Positions 29,259 through 38,935 of a stretch of 64,000 nt of DNA are shown in pieces. A model generated the notes under the pieces. That model ran no database searches. It was not told the DNA's origin and saw nothing but the letters and a program-made list of their open reading frames with translations. The stretch comes from Candidatus Versatilivorator sp. (GTDB lineage: Bacteria > Acidobacteriota > Terriglobia > Versatilivoradales > Versatilivoraceae): the NCBI GenBank assembly GCA_965207735.1, contig OZ242296.1, forward strand, positions 2,432,001-2,496,000. Direction: 5' to 3'. How positions within the stretch are numbered: the first letter of the stretch is position 1; each line of letters starts with the position of its first letter. The position numbers and the translations under genes are program-made.

Positions 29259-29860
29259 CCCCTCCGCATCAGCCTTCGCCCTTGGCGCTGCCGTTCGGAG
29301 GCGCCGCGTTGGCCCCCCTCCTAATCGGCCTTCGCCTGCGGCTCGACCTCTGCGACTCCCCCACCGCAACCGACGCACGCCGGCGGTTACCGCTACGGCG
29401 CACAAGATCTCGCCCTTGGCTCGCCTTGTGCGAACCCCCCTCCGCATCAGCCTTCGCCATTCGGCTCGACTTCTGCGACTCCCCCTCAAGGGGGGAGTGA
29501 TACCCGTGTTTTGAAGATGGAACGGAGTTTATACGTTAGACCGGGAACATGGTTTACATCGCACCCGGGAATTGGGCGCGGCGCCTCTTGCAAGCCTCAA
29601 GTATCACTCCCCCCCTTGAGGGGGAGTCGGCGAGAGGGCGGAGCCCGCTGTCGAGCCGGAGGGGGGCAAACTCGGCGTCTCGTGAGTGACTACCAAAAGG
29701 CGCAGCCCGCAGTCGATCCGGAGGGGGGCAGACTCGGCGTCGCGTAAGTAGCGATCGGCAGTGCGCGCGGAGTCACAAATCGAGACAGACCTGCTTCAAC
29801 GGCACGCGTTGCCGCAACGCCGCGCCGGAGGGGGGCAGACTCGGCGTCTCGTGAGTGCCT
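29259..29860. repeat. Composite palindromic intergenic repeat, copy 1
   Basis: Inverted repeat CGACTCCCCCTCAAGGGGGGAGTGATAC (29476-29503 / 29601-29629) around a ~100-bp core, flanked by CCTCCGCATCAGCCTTCGCC and CCGGAGGGGGGCA sub-repeats. Confidence 0.85.
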
Positions 29861-30200
29861 GTCCGTTGCCCGGACGTGCGGAATCGTTGCCCTCAGGACC
29901 CGACGCAGGCGTCCCCCCATTGAAAAAAAATCGGGTTGGGGTTAACCTTGGAATGTCGAATGAAGCACCTGCCGCAGGAGTTGGTCTCCTGAGCAGTTGA
30001 AGGCGAATCTTGCCGTCGAGGATGCACCTTCGAATTCGCAGTTACCCCGTGCACAACCCTTTCCATGGCGCCCTGCACAAACGGGGGCGAGCCCGCATCT
30101 CTCACCGGGAGGATGTGGCGATGACGACAGCAGCACGGGAGTTTCGACCTGAGAGGCGTCCCAAATTCGCCGCCGTCAACCGGAATTGGAAGTTGCGGTC

Positions 30201-31052
30201 ATGACCGAACCCGACACTTCATCCATGATCGAGGCCCAGGGCCTGAGCAAGGTCTTTGGGACCTTTGCAGCGCTGCAGGACGTCTCCTTCTCGGTCCCCC
30301 GGGGACAGGTGGCCGCCTTCCTGGGACCCAACGGAGCCGGCAAGTCGACCACCCTGCGGATCCTGACCGGATATCTCACCCCTACCGCCGGCATTGCCCG
30401 TATTGCGGGCCGGGATGTCTCCCGCCACCGCATCGATGCGGCCGCCCGGATCGGTTACCTGCCGGAGAACGGTCCCCTATATCCGGAGATGACGCCTCTG
30501 GAGCTGCTCAGGTTCTTCGGCGAGGCCCGCGGGCTGACCCGGGCACGGCTCGAGGCGCGCATCGGGGCCGTGGTTGAGCAGTGCAACCTGGAAGCCGTCC
30601 TGGAAAAGAGCATCTACAAGCTCTCCAAGGGCTATCGCCAGCGGCTGGGTATGGCCCAGGTTCTGCTCCACGAGCCCGACATCCTGATCATGGACGAGCC
30701 CACCAGCGGCCTGGACCCCAACCAGATCCGCGAGGTCCGGGAGTTGATCCGGAGGTTGGGCCAAACCCGCACGGTGCTGATTTCGACCCACATTCTGCAG
30801 GAAGTGGAAGCCGTGGCCGACCACGTCATTCTCATTCACGAAGGCCGGATCGTCTTTGACGGCACGCCCGGGGAGATGGCGGGAGATGGAAGCCTGGACG
30901 AGGCCTTTTACCGCCTGACGGGCAGGAACGGCCAGGAGGCGCTTGAACCGGAAGGCTCCGCTCCGGGGCCGCATGGCCAGACCCCGTCGGAGCGGGAGGT
31001 CCGGATCGGCGAGCAGGAGCCGACCCCGGAGGCAAAGGAGACGGAAGAGTGA
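30201..31052 (+). CDS. ABC transporter ATP-binding protein (GldA-like)
   Basis: GPNGAGKST, LSKGYRQR, MDEPTSGLDP, STH. Confidence 0.93.
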   Translation: MTEPDTSSMIEAQGLSKVFGTFAALQDVSFSVPRGQVAAFLGPNGAGKSTTLRILTGYLTPTAGIARIAGRDVSRHRIDAAARIGYLPENGPLYPEMTPLELLRFFGEARGLTRARLEARIGAVVEQCNLEAVLEKSIYKLSKGYRQRLGMAQVLLHEPDILIMDEPTSGLDPNQIREVRELIRRLGQTRTVLISTHILQEVEAVADHVILIHEGRIVFDGTPGEMAGDGSLDEAFYRLTGRNGQEALEPEGSAPGPHGQTPSEREVRIGEQEPTPEAKETEE

Positions 31053-33673
31053 AAAGGCATTGGCGGCTGGCCAGAGTTGTCTGCAAGCGGGAGCTGACCG
31101 GTTACTTCAGCAGTCCCACCGGCTATGTCTTCATTACCCTGTTTGTCTTCCTGAGCGCCCTGGCGGCCTTCTGGCAGGACGGGTTCTTCGCCGACAACCT
31201 GGCCAATCTGGACCAGCTCAACCGCGTCTTTCCCTATTTGCTGGTCTTCCTGGTTCCCTCCATCACCATGAATATCTGGGCCGAGGAGAAACGGAACGGA
31301 ACCGACGAGCTGCTGCTGACTCTGCCGGCCACCGACTTCGGCATCGTGTTGGGGAAGTACCTGGCCGCGGCCGGCATCTACACCGTGGCCCTCCTCTTTT
31401 CCCTGACCCATGTGCTGGTGCTGGGGTGGCTGGGTAACCCGGACCCCGGCCTGATGGCCTCCACCTATCTCGGCTACTGGCTCATGGGAGTGGCTCTGCT
31501 GGCCCTGGGCATGGTGGGGTCCCTGCTGACCGACAACATCACCGTGGCCTTTATCCTGGGAGCCCTGCTCTGCGCCGTCCCCGTCTTCATCGACCATGCG
31601 GGCACCGTCCTGACCGGGGGCGCCGAACGCCTGGTGGCCGGCTTCTCCTTCAACCAGCAGTTCCAGGACCTGGCCGCGGGAGTGGTGTCCCTTTCGTCGG
31701 TGGCCTACTTCCTCGCCTTTGCGGCAGCCATGGTCTATCTCAACGTGGCGCTGCTCGGGAGGCGACACTGGCCCACCGGCCGACAAGCCCCGGCCATGGG
31801 CGCCCACCTGCTGGTGCGGGGGCTGGCTCTGGTGGTCGCCCTGGCCGGTCTGACACTGCTGCTGGACCGCCTGGGAGGAAGAGTTGACCTGACCGCCGAA
31901 CGGATCCACTCTCTCTCGCCCGACACGCGAGCGCTCATCGACGGGTTGGATCCGGGCGAGACGGTCTTCATTCAGGCTTACCTGAGCCCGCAGGTGCCCC
32001 GCAACCACCTCCCCACTCGGAACAACCTGATCAACCTGCTCCGGGAGTTGTCGGCCCTGGGCGGGGAGCGCCTGCTGACCCGGATCGTGGAGACCGAAAA
32101 GTATACGCCGGAGGCTCGCGAAGCCCAGGAGCGTTTCGACATCCGCCCCCGCCAGGTCCCGGCGTCCCGTCAGAGCACGGGAACTCCCGAGGAGATCTTC
32201 CTGGGCATCGCCTTCAACTGCGGCGCCGAGGAATTCGTCATCCCCTTCCTGGATCCCGGACTGCCGGTAGAGTACGAGCTCATGCGCTCGATTCGGGTGG
32301 TCTCGCGGGCGGAACGCAGAAGGGTGGGAGTCCTGGAGACGGGAGCCGGACTTTTCGGTGGATTCGACTTCCAGTCCCGCCAGCACTCGACCGACTGGGC
32401 CATTGTGGCCGAGCTGCGCAAGCAGTACCAGGTGGAAAGGGTGCAGCCCGGCCAGAACTACCCGAAGAATCTGGACGCCTTGATGGTGGTGTTGCCCAAC
32501 ACCCTGGAACAGGACCAGGTGGACCGGCTCACGGACTACGTCAAGGAGGGAAATCCGACCCTGATCCTGGTGGATCCCCTGCCGGCATTCAATCCCGAGC
32601 TCTCGGCGCAGCCGATGCCTCAAGGCCCCTTTCGCCAGGGCCCGCCGCCCAGGAAGCCGGCCGACCTCCAGCCGCTGATGGAGGTGCTGGGAGTGGACTG
32701 GGACCCGGGCCGCATTGCCTGGGACAAGTACAATCCCCATCCACAGTTCCGCTCCCTGCCTCCGGAAGTCATCTTTCTGGGCTCCGGGAGCGGCGAGAGT
32801 CCTCCCTTCAATTCGGACGAGGCCATCACCTCCGGACTTCAGGAGCTGGTAGCCATCTATCCGGGGTCGATCAAGCTCGCGGCCGGCAGTCGCACGACGC
32901 TGACCCCTCTGCTTCAAACCGGAGCCGATTCCGGCCTGACGGACTGGAATCGGCTGGTGCAACGCTCGCTGTTCGGATTGCAGTTGGCCGGCAATCTCCC
33001 CCACGAACCCGATCCCGAACGCTACACACTGGCGGCCCGCCTGACCGGCATAGGGCCGGATCATCCGGTCCGGGCCATCCTGATCACCGACGTCGACCTG
33101 ATGGGGGAGCAGTTCTTTTCCATCAGGCGCCAAGGCATTGAAACTCTGCAGTTCGACAACGTGACCTTCCTGCTGAACGCCGTGGACCAGCTGGTTGGCG
33201 ACGAGTCCTTCATCGCCCTGCGCAAGCGCCGGCGGCGGCATCGCACCCTGGAGGCCGTGGAATCCCGAACCAAGGTCTACGAGGAGCGGCGCCTGGACGA
33301 CACCCGGCAGGCCGAAACCACGGCCGCCCAGCGTCTGCAGGAAGCCCAGGCGCGGCTGGATCGGTCGGTAGAAGCACTGCGCCAGCGCCGGGACCTGGAC
33401 GAACAGACCAAGCGCATCATGATCTCCAACCAGGAAAAGGCCGAGAATCGGCGCCTGGCCGTGGCCCGCACCAACATCGAAGAGGAAAAACAGCGACTGA
33501 TCGGCAAGAGCCGCGCCGACATGGAATCTTCAATCCGGGACATCCAGAACGCCATCAAGTTCCTGGCGGCGGCCCTGCCGCCGGTTCCCGCCTTTGCGCT
33601 CTTCCTGGTGGTGTCGGTGCGCAGGCTGCGCCGGGAAAAGATCGGCGTGGCGGCCGACCGCCTGGTGGAATAG
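31049..33673 (+). CDS. Fused ABC-2 permease / GldG-like periplasmic component
   Basis: RELTGYFSSPTGYVF, EEKRNGTDELLLTLP, DLTAERIHSLS, C-terminal coiled coil and TM helix. Confidence 0.85.
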   Translation: MKRHWRLARVVCKRELTGYFSSPTGYVFITLFVFLSALAAFWQDGFFADNLANLDQLNRVFPYLLVFLVPSITMNIWAEEKRNGTDELLLTLPATDFGIVLGKYLAAAGIYTVALLFSLTHVLVLGWLGNPDPGLMASTYLGYWLMGVALLALGMVGSLLTDNITVAFILGALLCAVPVFIDHAGTVLTGGAERLVAGFSFNQQFQDLAAGVVSLSSVAYFLAFAAAMVYLNVALLGRRHWPTGRQAPAMGAHLLVRGLALVVALAGLTLLLDRLGGRVDLTAERIHSLSPDTRALIDGLDPGETVFIQAYLSPQVPRNHLPTRNNLINLLRELSALGGERLLTRIVETEKYTPEAREAQERFDIRPRQVPASRQSTGTPEEIFLGIAFNCGAEEFVIPFLDPGLPVEYELMRSIRVVSRAERRRVGVLETGAGLFGGFDFQSRQHSTDWAIVAELRKQYQVERVQPGQNYPKNLDALMVVLPNTLEQDQVDRLTDYVKEGNPTLILVDPLPAFNPELSAQPMPQGPFRQGPPPRKPADLQPLMEVLGVDWDPGRIAWDKYNPHPQFRSLPPEVIFLGSGSGESPPFNSDEAITSGLQELVAIYPGSIKLAAGSRTTLTPLLQTGADSGLTDWNRLVQRSLFGLQLAGNLPHEPDPERYTLAARLTGIGPDHPVRAILITDVDLMGEQFFSIRRQGIETLQFDNVTFLLNAVDQLVGDESFIALRKRRRRHRTLEAVESRTKVYEERRLDDTRQAETTAAQRLQEAQARLDRSVEALRQRRDLDEQTKRIMISNQEKAENRRLAVARTNIEEEKQRLIGKSRADMESSIRDIQNAIKFLAAALPPVPAFALFLVVSVRRLRREKIGVAADRLVE

Positions 33674-33724
33674 GCAAGGTCCAATGAGAAACTATTGCAA
33701 ACCCTCCCCCGAGGTAAGCCGGAC

Positions 33725-34984
33725 ATGAGCGAATGGTTGAGAACGGCGATTCTCTGCCTGGCTGCCCTGGCCGTTTCCACGGCGGCGGTACTGGTCGATC
33801 CCGGCAGAAGAACCCCCGGGATCTTCGACGATCAGGGAGAGCCCTTCTTCCCGGGATTTGACGACCCTCAGGCCCCCAAGACCATCGAGGTCATCGACTA
33901 CGACGCGGCCACCGCCACCGCCAGCCCCTTGAAGGTGGAGTTCAAGGACAACCGGTGGGGCATCCCCTCTCACCACGACTATCCGGCCGATGCCGAAAAC
34001 CGCCTGGCCGATACCGCGGCGGCGCTCATGGCCCTCAGAAAGGACATCGTGGTATCCGACCGCATCGAGGACCACGGCCGTTACGGGGTTGTCGACCCAC
34101 TCGACGACCGCACCGCCAGCCTGACCGGCCGCGGAAAACGAGTGACGCTCAAGGGCGAAAACGATCAGGTCCTGGCCGACTTCGTGATCGGCAAGCCGGC
34201 AGAGGGCAAGTCCGGTTACCGCTACATGCGGGTCCCCGCCCAGCGACGGATCTACTCGGTCAAGACCGACGCCCGGGTGTCTTCCAGGTTCGAAGATTGG
34301 ATCGAGACGGATCTGTTGAAGCTGGAGGCCGGGGACATCCGAAAGATCACCATCAACAGCTACTCCATCAACGAACGGCTGGGGAGGCTGGAGAATTCCG
34401 AGCGAACGATTCTCACCAAACGGAAGGACCGCTGGCTGCTGGGCCGCCGCAGGCTGCGGGGGAAGAAGATCGACGCCCTGACCGACGCGCTCGACAATCT
34501 GCGCATCGTCGATGTCCAACCCAAGCCCGAGAATCTGACCCGAGACCTCAAGACCCCCGAAGGCATCCGGCTGTCCATGGAGTCGGTCGTGTCACTGCGC
34601 CGGAAAGGCTTTTTCATCACTCCTTTGGGCCAGCTCCTTTCCAATGAAGGGGAGATCCTGGTGGAAACGGCCAACGGGATCCAATACACGCTGCGCTTCG
34701 GGGAGGTGGCGCCCGCAGGGACGGGTACTCTTGCAGCCCCCTCCGAGCAGGAAGGAGAGCAGGCATCCGAAACCAAGGGGACGGAGGAGCGCCGCTATCT
34801 GTTCATCACCGTCGACTACAGCGCCGCCCGGGCCCGAAAGTACGCCGACGGGAAAACTCCGGGCGAGGAGGGCCGGACCCTGGAGCGCGAGCTGCGCCAT
34901 CGCTTCGCCGACTGGTATTACATCATCTCGGGTGCGGATTTCGGCAATCTGCGACCCAGCCGGCGAGAACTCACCCGCGGCTAG
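33725..34984 (+). CDS. DUF4340-domain protein
   Basis: N-terminal TM helix, W....HDYPAD, YG...P, position in a Gld-like ABC operon. Confidence 0.75.
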   Translation: MSEWLRTAILCLAALAVSTAAVLVDPGRRTPGIFDDQGEPFFPGFDDPQAPKTIEVIDYDAATATASPLKVEFKDNRWGIPSHHDYPADAENRLADTAAALMALRKDIVVSDRIEDHGRYGVVDPLDDRTASLTGRGKRVTLKGENDQVLADFVIGKPAEGKSGYRYMRVPAQRRIYSVKTDARVSSRFEDWIETDLLKLEAGDIRKITINSYSINERLGRLENSERTILTKRKDRWLLGRRRLRGKKIDALTDALDNLRIVDVQPKPENLTRDLKTPEGIRLSMESVVSLRRKGFFITPLGQLLSNEGEILVETANGIQYTLRFGEVAPAGTGTLAAPSEQEGEQASETKGTEERRYLFITVDYSAARARKYADGKTPGEEGRTLERELRHRFADWYYIISGADFGNLRPSRRELTRG

Positions 34985-35045
34985 CCGTTCCGATGGGCTT
35001 CGGCAGGGTCGATCCGGCTGGATCCCTGGCGCCGAAATGGGCTAG
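34981..35045. other. Long imperfect intergenic hairpin
   Basis: CTAGCC..TTCGGC.AGG..GATCC-GGCT-GGATC.CCT..GCCGAA..GGCTAG directly after the operon stop codon. Confidence 0.4.
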
Positions 35046-35078
35046 ACTCTAGCGATTTCGGCTGATGCGGCCAACGTA

Positions 35079-35420
35079 ATGAGTCAAAAAAAGCAGGTCT
35101 ACAAGATTACCTTTCTGAACGAAGGCAAGGTCTACGAGATCTACGCCAAGCGGGTGAGCCAGGGCGGACTGTTCGGCTTCGTCGAAGTGGAGCAGTTGCT
35201 ATTCGGTCAGAAAACCTCGGTGGTGGTCGACCCCTCCGAAGAAACGCTACGCACAGCATTCGAGGGAGTGCGGCGGACCTACATTCCTCTCCACTCGGTG
35301 ATCCGCATCGACGAAGTGGAAAAGAAAGGAACCGGCAAGATTCACGACCTGTCTGACAGGGACGGGAAGATTCACCAGTTGCCCACCGCCATCTATACGC
35401 CGGTGAAGAAGGATTCCTGA
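35079..35420 (+). CDS. DUF1820 family protein
   Basis: YKITFLNEGKVYEIYA..VVVDPSEE.LR..FEGV.R..IP.HSVIRIDEV. Confidence 0.85.
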   Translation: MSQKKQVYKITFLNEGKVYEIYAKRVSQGGLFGFVEVEQLLFGQKTSVVVDPSEETLRTAFEGVRRTYIPLHSVIRIDEVEKKGTGKIHDLSDRDGKIHQLPTAIYTPVKKDS

Positions 35421-35464
35421 GCATCATCCCCGAGACGCCAGCTTGGCCCTTATGCGGCTTGGGA

Positions 35465-35899
35465 GTCTGCCCCCCACCGCATCAGCCTTCGCCATTCGGC
35501 GCTGCCGTTCGGAGACGCCGCGTCTGCCCCCCTCCGCATCAGCCTTCGCCATTCGGCTCGGCTTCTGCGACTCCCCCTAAAGGGGGGAGTGATATCGTGT
35601 TATGCAGAGGGAATGGAGTTTATACATTAGACCGGGAACATGGTTTACATCCTGCCCAGCAATCGGGCAAGAAGCCATGTGCAGGCCTCAAGTATCACTC
35701 CCCCCTTGAGGGGGAGTCGGAGAGACAAGGGCGCAGCCCGCAGTCGATCCGGAGGGGGGCCAACGCGGCGTCCCGTGCGTGACTACCAAAGGGCGCAGCC
35801 CGCAGTCGATCCGGAGGGGGGCAGACGCGGCGTCCCGTGCGTGACTACCAAAAGGCGTAGCCCGCGGTCGATCCGGAGGGGGGCCAACGCGGCGTCCCG
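35465..35899. repeat. Composite palindromic intergenic repeat, copy 2, with ~62-bp tandem units
   Basis: Same IR (35568-35594 / 35692-35719) and conserved core GGAGTTTATAC.TTAGACCGGGAACATGGTTTACATC; about three tandem GGCGCAGCCCGCAGTCGATCCGGAGGGGGGC units. Confidence 0.85.
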
Positions 35900-35960
35900 A
35901 AGCCCATTCCACCGGCGTTTGGCGAATCTTCTTTTCCGGTCATTTTCGAGACGACATTGG

Positions 35961-35990
35961 TTGACAGGCTCCGACCGGGTGAGATAGATT
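35961..35990 (+). promoter_or_regulatory. Candidate sigma70 promoter
   Basis: TTGACA-18bp-TAGATT upstream of SD GAGGAG and the 36023 gene. Confidence 0.5.
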
Positions 35991-36022
35991 TAGAGTGCAT
36001 TTGTACATCTAATTGAGGAGCA

Positions 36023-38866
36023 TTGTCGATGAAATGGCGAGTGATTGCGGTATTGTTGGGATCGATTTCCGCTATTCTGGCCGGGAGCCATCTCCTGGGA
36101 GAGTCCCCGGTCGACTTTGAGAGGGACGTCCAGCCCCTTCTGCAGGAAAAGTGCCTCTCCTGTCACACTGCCGCCGCGCCCCAGAGCGCCCTGGTCATGG
36201 AATCGATCGAGGCCATGCTCGAGGGGGGCGAGAAAGCGGGGCCCTCGATCCTGGCCGGAGACAGCGCCGGCAGCCCCCTGGTCCGGCACTTGAGGGGAGA
36301 ACTCGAGCCCCGGATGCCGGTCGGAGGCGACCCGCTTCCGGAAGCCCAGATCGCCTTGATCGCCAGGTGGATCGACCAGATGGCTCCTCCGGCAGCCCCG
36401 GACGGAGCCGCCCAGGCCGCTTCCTCCCATGATTTCGAGGCCCAAGTCAGACCTCTGCTGGAGCAGAACTGCCTCGCTTGCCACAGCTCCCAGACCCACC
36501 AGAGCGGGTTGGTGGTGGAGACGGAGACGGCCCTTCTGAAGGGAGGCGCCATCCAGGGACCGGCCATCGTTGCCGGCAACAGCCAGGAGAGTCCTCTGAT
36601 CCAGCGCCTGCGAGGCACCCGAGCCCCTCGGATGCCCATGAACGGTCAGCCTCTTTCCGAGGAGCAGATCGAACGCATCGCCCACTGGATCGATCAGTTG
36701 GACCCTGCCCTGGCGTCCCAGACCGCGGAGGATTCCGGCAAGCCGGGTTGGCCCTGGACCCCCGTCGCCCAACCCGAGGTTCCCTCGGTCAAGAACCAGG
36801 AATGGGTGAGAAACCCGGTCGATGCCTTCGTGCTGGCCAAGCTGGAAAAACAGCAGTTGGAACCGGCCGCGCCGGTTTCTCCCCGCGGATTGCTGCGGCG
36901 CCTTTATTTCAGCCTGATCGGTCTTCCTCCCACCCCGGAAGAAATGGGGCGGTTCCTGGCCGATCCTTCTCCGGAGGCCTACAGGCTGGAGGTGGAAAGA
37001 CTGCTGGCCGATTCCCGCTACGGGGAACACTGGGGCCGGCACTGGCTCGACCTGGCCCGCTATTCCGACACCCGCGGCGGCGCCATCGACGACCCTCAAA
37101 CTCACCTGTGGCGGTATCGGGATTACGTCATTCGAGCTTTCAACCAGGATCGCCCCTACGACCGCTTCATCAAGGAGCAACTGGCGGGAGACGCCTTCAG
37201 GACCTATGGGGACGAGGGGAAGCTGGGACTGGGCTTTCTGGGTTTATGGGTCAAGGTTGAAGCCAATGGGCAACAGGGGCGGCGAAACTACATCACAGAC
37301 GTAGTCAACACCACCAGCTCGGTCTTCATGGGCCTGACCCTGGGATGCGCCCAATGCCATGACCACAAGTACGACCCGCTTCCTCAAGCGGATTACTTCC
37401 GGATCGAAGCCTTCTTCTCGCCGGTGAATTTCGACAAGCAGGATCTGGCCTTCCACCAGTACGAGATGCCGCTGCAGGACCCGGAGCGATGGGAAACCCG
37501 CAAGAAGGCCTGGAAGGAGCACCTCGAAAAGATCAAGAAGAACGCCGAGGCCTTCAGCAAGGAGCTGTCCCAAAGGGAAATCGAGCACCAGTTGCTGGTC
37601 GCCCCCCAGGACCTCAAGGACTGGGCCCACGCCGACCAGAAGATGATCCCCTTCCCCAAGGACACCCTGCGCACCGCGGAAGAGAAGGAACGGTCCCGCA
37701 AGATCTCCCTCATGACCGGCCGCTTCGCCAACCCCAACGTGGACGGTTACTACGACCCCAAGGCCTATGTGGTGAGAGACTCTCCCCTCCAGCACAACAT
37801 CGCCACCTACGTCCTGACCGGGGGCAACTGGAGACTGCGGGCCGATCAGGTCAAGCCCGGTTTCCTGAGCGCCATTACGGGGAACTCCGACCCGGTCGAC
37901 ATGGACGGCCTGGTGGGCAGCCGCCGGCAACTGCTGGCCAAGTGGATTGCCAACCGGGAAAATCCCCTGACGGCCCGGGTGATGGTCAACCGCATCTGGC
38001 AGTATCACTTCGGCAACGGCCTGGTGGCCACCCCCAGCGATTTCGGCTCCAACGGCAGCGGAACCGTCCATCAGGATCTGATCGACTGGCTGGCCTGGGA
38101 GTTCATGGAGAGCGGATGGAGCATCAAGGAAATCCACCGGCTGATCCTTGACTCCAACGTATATGCCCTATCGATGACCCATCCCCGGTCCGAGGAATAC
38201 GAGAAGGTGGATCCCGGCAACCGCTACTTCTGGGTCCGCGACCCGGTCCGCATCCCGGCGGAATCGCTGCGCGACACCATCCTGGCGGTCAGCGGCAAAA
38301 TGAATCCGTCCATGGGCGGACCGCCCTTCTTTCCAGAGGAAAACCTGGAGCAGATGGCCCGGGCGGGAACCTGGTGGATACCCTCCAGCCCGGAGGAGGT
38401 CAACCGGCGCACCCTCTACACGATCCAGAGCCGCTCCTATCCGATTCCGTTGATCAAGGTCTTCGACGGACCCAACCTGGACGAGAGCTGTGTCGACCGG
38501 GGGAATACCACGGTGACGCCCCAGGTCTTTTCGCTCTTCAACGGCAAATTCCCCCACCGGCAGAGCCGGGCCATGGCGGAGCGTATCCGGTCCGAGGTGG
38601 GACCCGACCCGCTCAAGCAGGTGGTCAGGGCCTTTCAACTGGCTTTCCAGCGCGATCCGTCACCAATGGAAAAGACCCGGAGCCTGGCCTTTCTGGGAGA
38701 ATCCGGCGGGGCGCCTGAGCACCGGGAGCGCCTCTCATTGAAACAGGTCTCTCTGGTGCAGAATCATGAGTCCGAACATGGAGGCATGGGTCAGGGAGAG
38801 ACGGGATCGCTTGCGGATCTCTGTCTCATTCTCATCAACTTGAACGAGTTTGTTTACCTGGAGTAG
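36023..38866 (+). CDS. Planctomycete-type cytochrome c / DUF1549 / DUF1553 protein
   Basis: Two N-terminal CxxCH domains (CLSCH, CLACH), YGEHWGRHWLDLARY, CAQCHDHKYDP, NPLTARVMVNRIWQ, NLNEFVY. Confidence 0.92.
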   Translation: MSMKWRVIAVLLGSISAILAGSHLLGESPVDFERDVQPLLQEKCLSCHTAAAPQSALVMESIEAMLEGGEKAGPSILAGDSAGSPLVRHLRGELEPRMPVGGDPLPEAQIALIARWIDQMAPPAAPDGAAQAASSHDFEAQVRPLLEQNCLACHSSQTHQSGLVVETETALLKGGAIQGPAIVAGNSQESPLIQRLRGTRAPRMPMNGQPLSEEQIERIAHWIDQLDPALASQTAEDSGKPGWPWTPVAQPEVPSVKNQEWVRNPVDAFVLAKLEKQQLEPAAPVSPRGLLRRLYFSLIGLPPTPEEMGRFLADPSPEAYRLEVERLLADSRYGEHWGRHWLDLARYSDTRGGAIDDPQTHLWRYRDYVIRAFNQDRPYDRFIKEQLAGDAFRTYGDEGKLGLGFLGLWVKVEANGQQGRRNYITDVVNTTSSVFMGLTLGCAQCHDHKYDPLPQADYFRIEAFFSPVNFDKQDLAFHQYEMPLQDPERWETRKKAWKEHLEKIKKNAEAFSKELSQREIEHQLLVAPQDLKDWAHADQKMIPFPKDTLRTAEEKERSRKISLMTGRFANPNVDGYYDPKAYVVRDSPLQHNIATYVLTGGNWRLRADQVKPGFLSAITGNSDPVDMDGLVGSRRQLLAKWIANRENPLTARVMVNRIWQYHFGNGLVATPSDFGSNGSGTVHQDLIDWLAWEFMESGWSIKEIHRLILDSNVYALSMTHPRSEEYEKVDPGNRYFWVRDPVRIPAESLRDTILAVSGKMNPSMGGPPFFPEENLEQMARAGTWWIPSSPEEVNRRTLYTIQSRSYPIPLIKVFDGPNLDESCVDRGNTTVTPQVFSLFNGKFPHRQSRAMAERIRSEVGPDPLKQVVRAFQLAFQRDPSPMEKTRSLAFLGESGGAPEHRERLSLKQVSLVQNHESEHGGMGQGETGSLADLCLILINLNEFVYLE

Positions 38867-38935
38867 GCGGCGGCGGACGCGGGAGTCCCCCTTCATCCAA
38901 CTTCGGAAGGAAGATTAAAAGGAGTAACGGTCATC

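Noticed and set aside
35728-35899. CRISPR array in the 62-bp tandem units
   Set aside because: The units are contiguous near-identical repeats with no unique spacers
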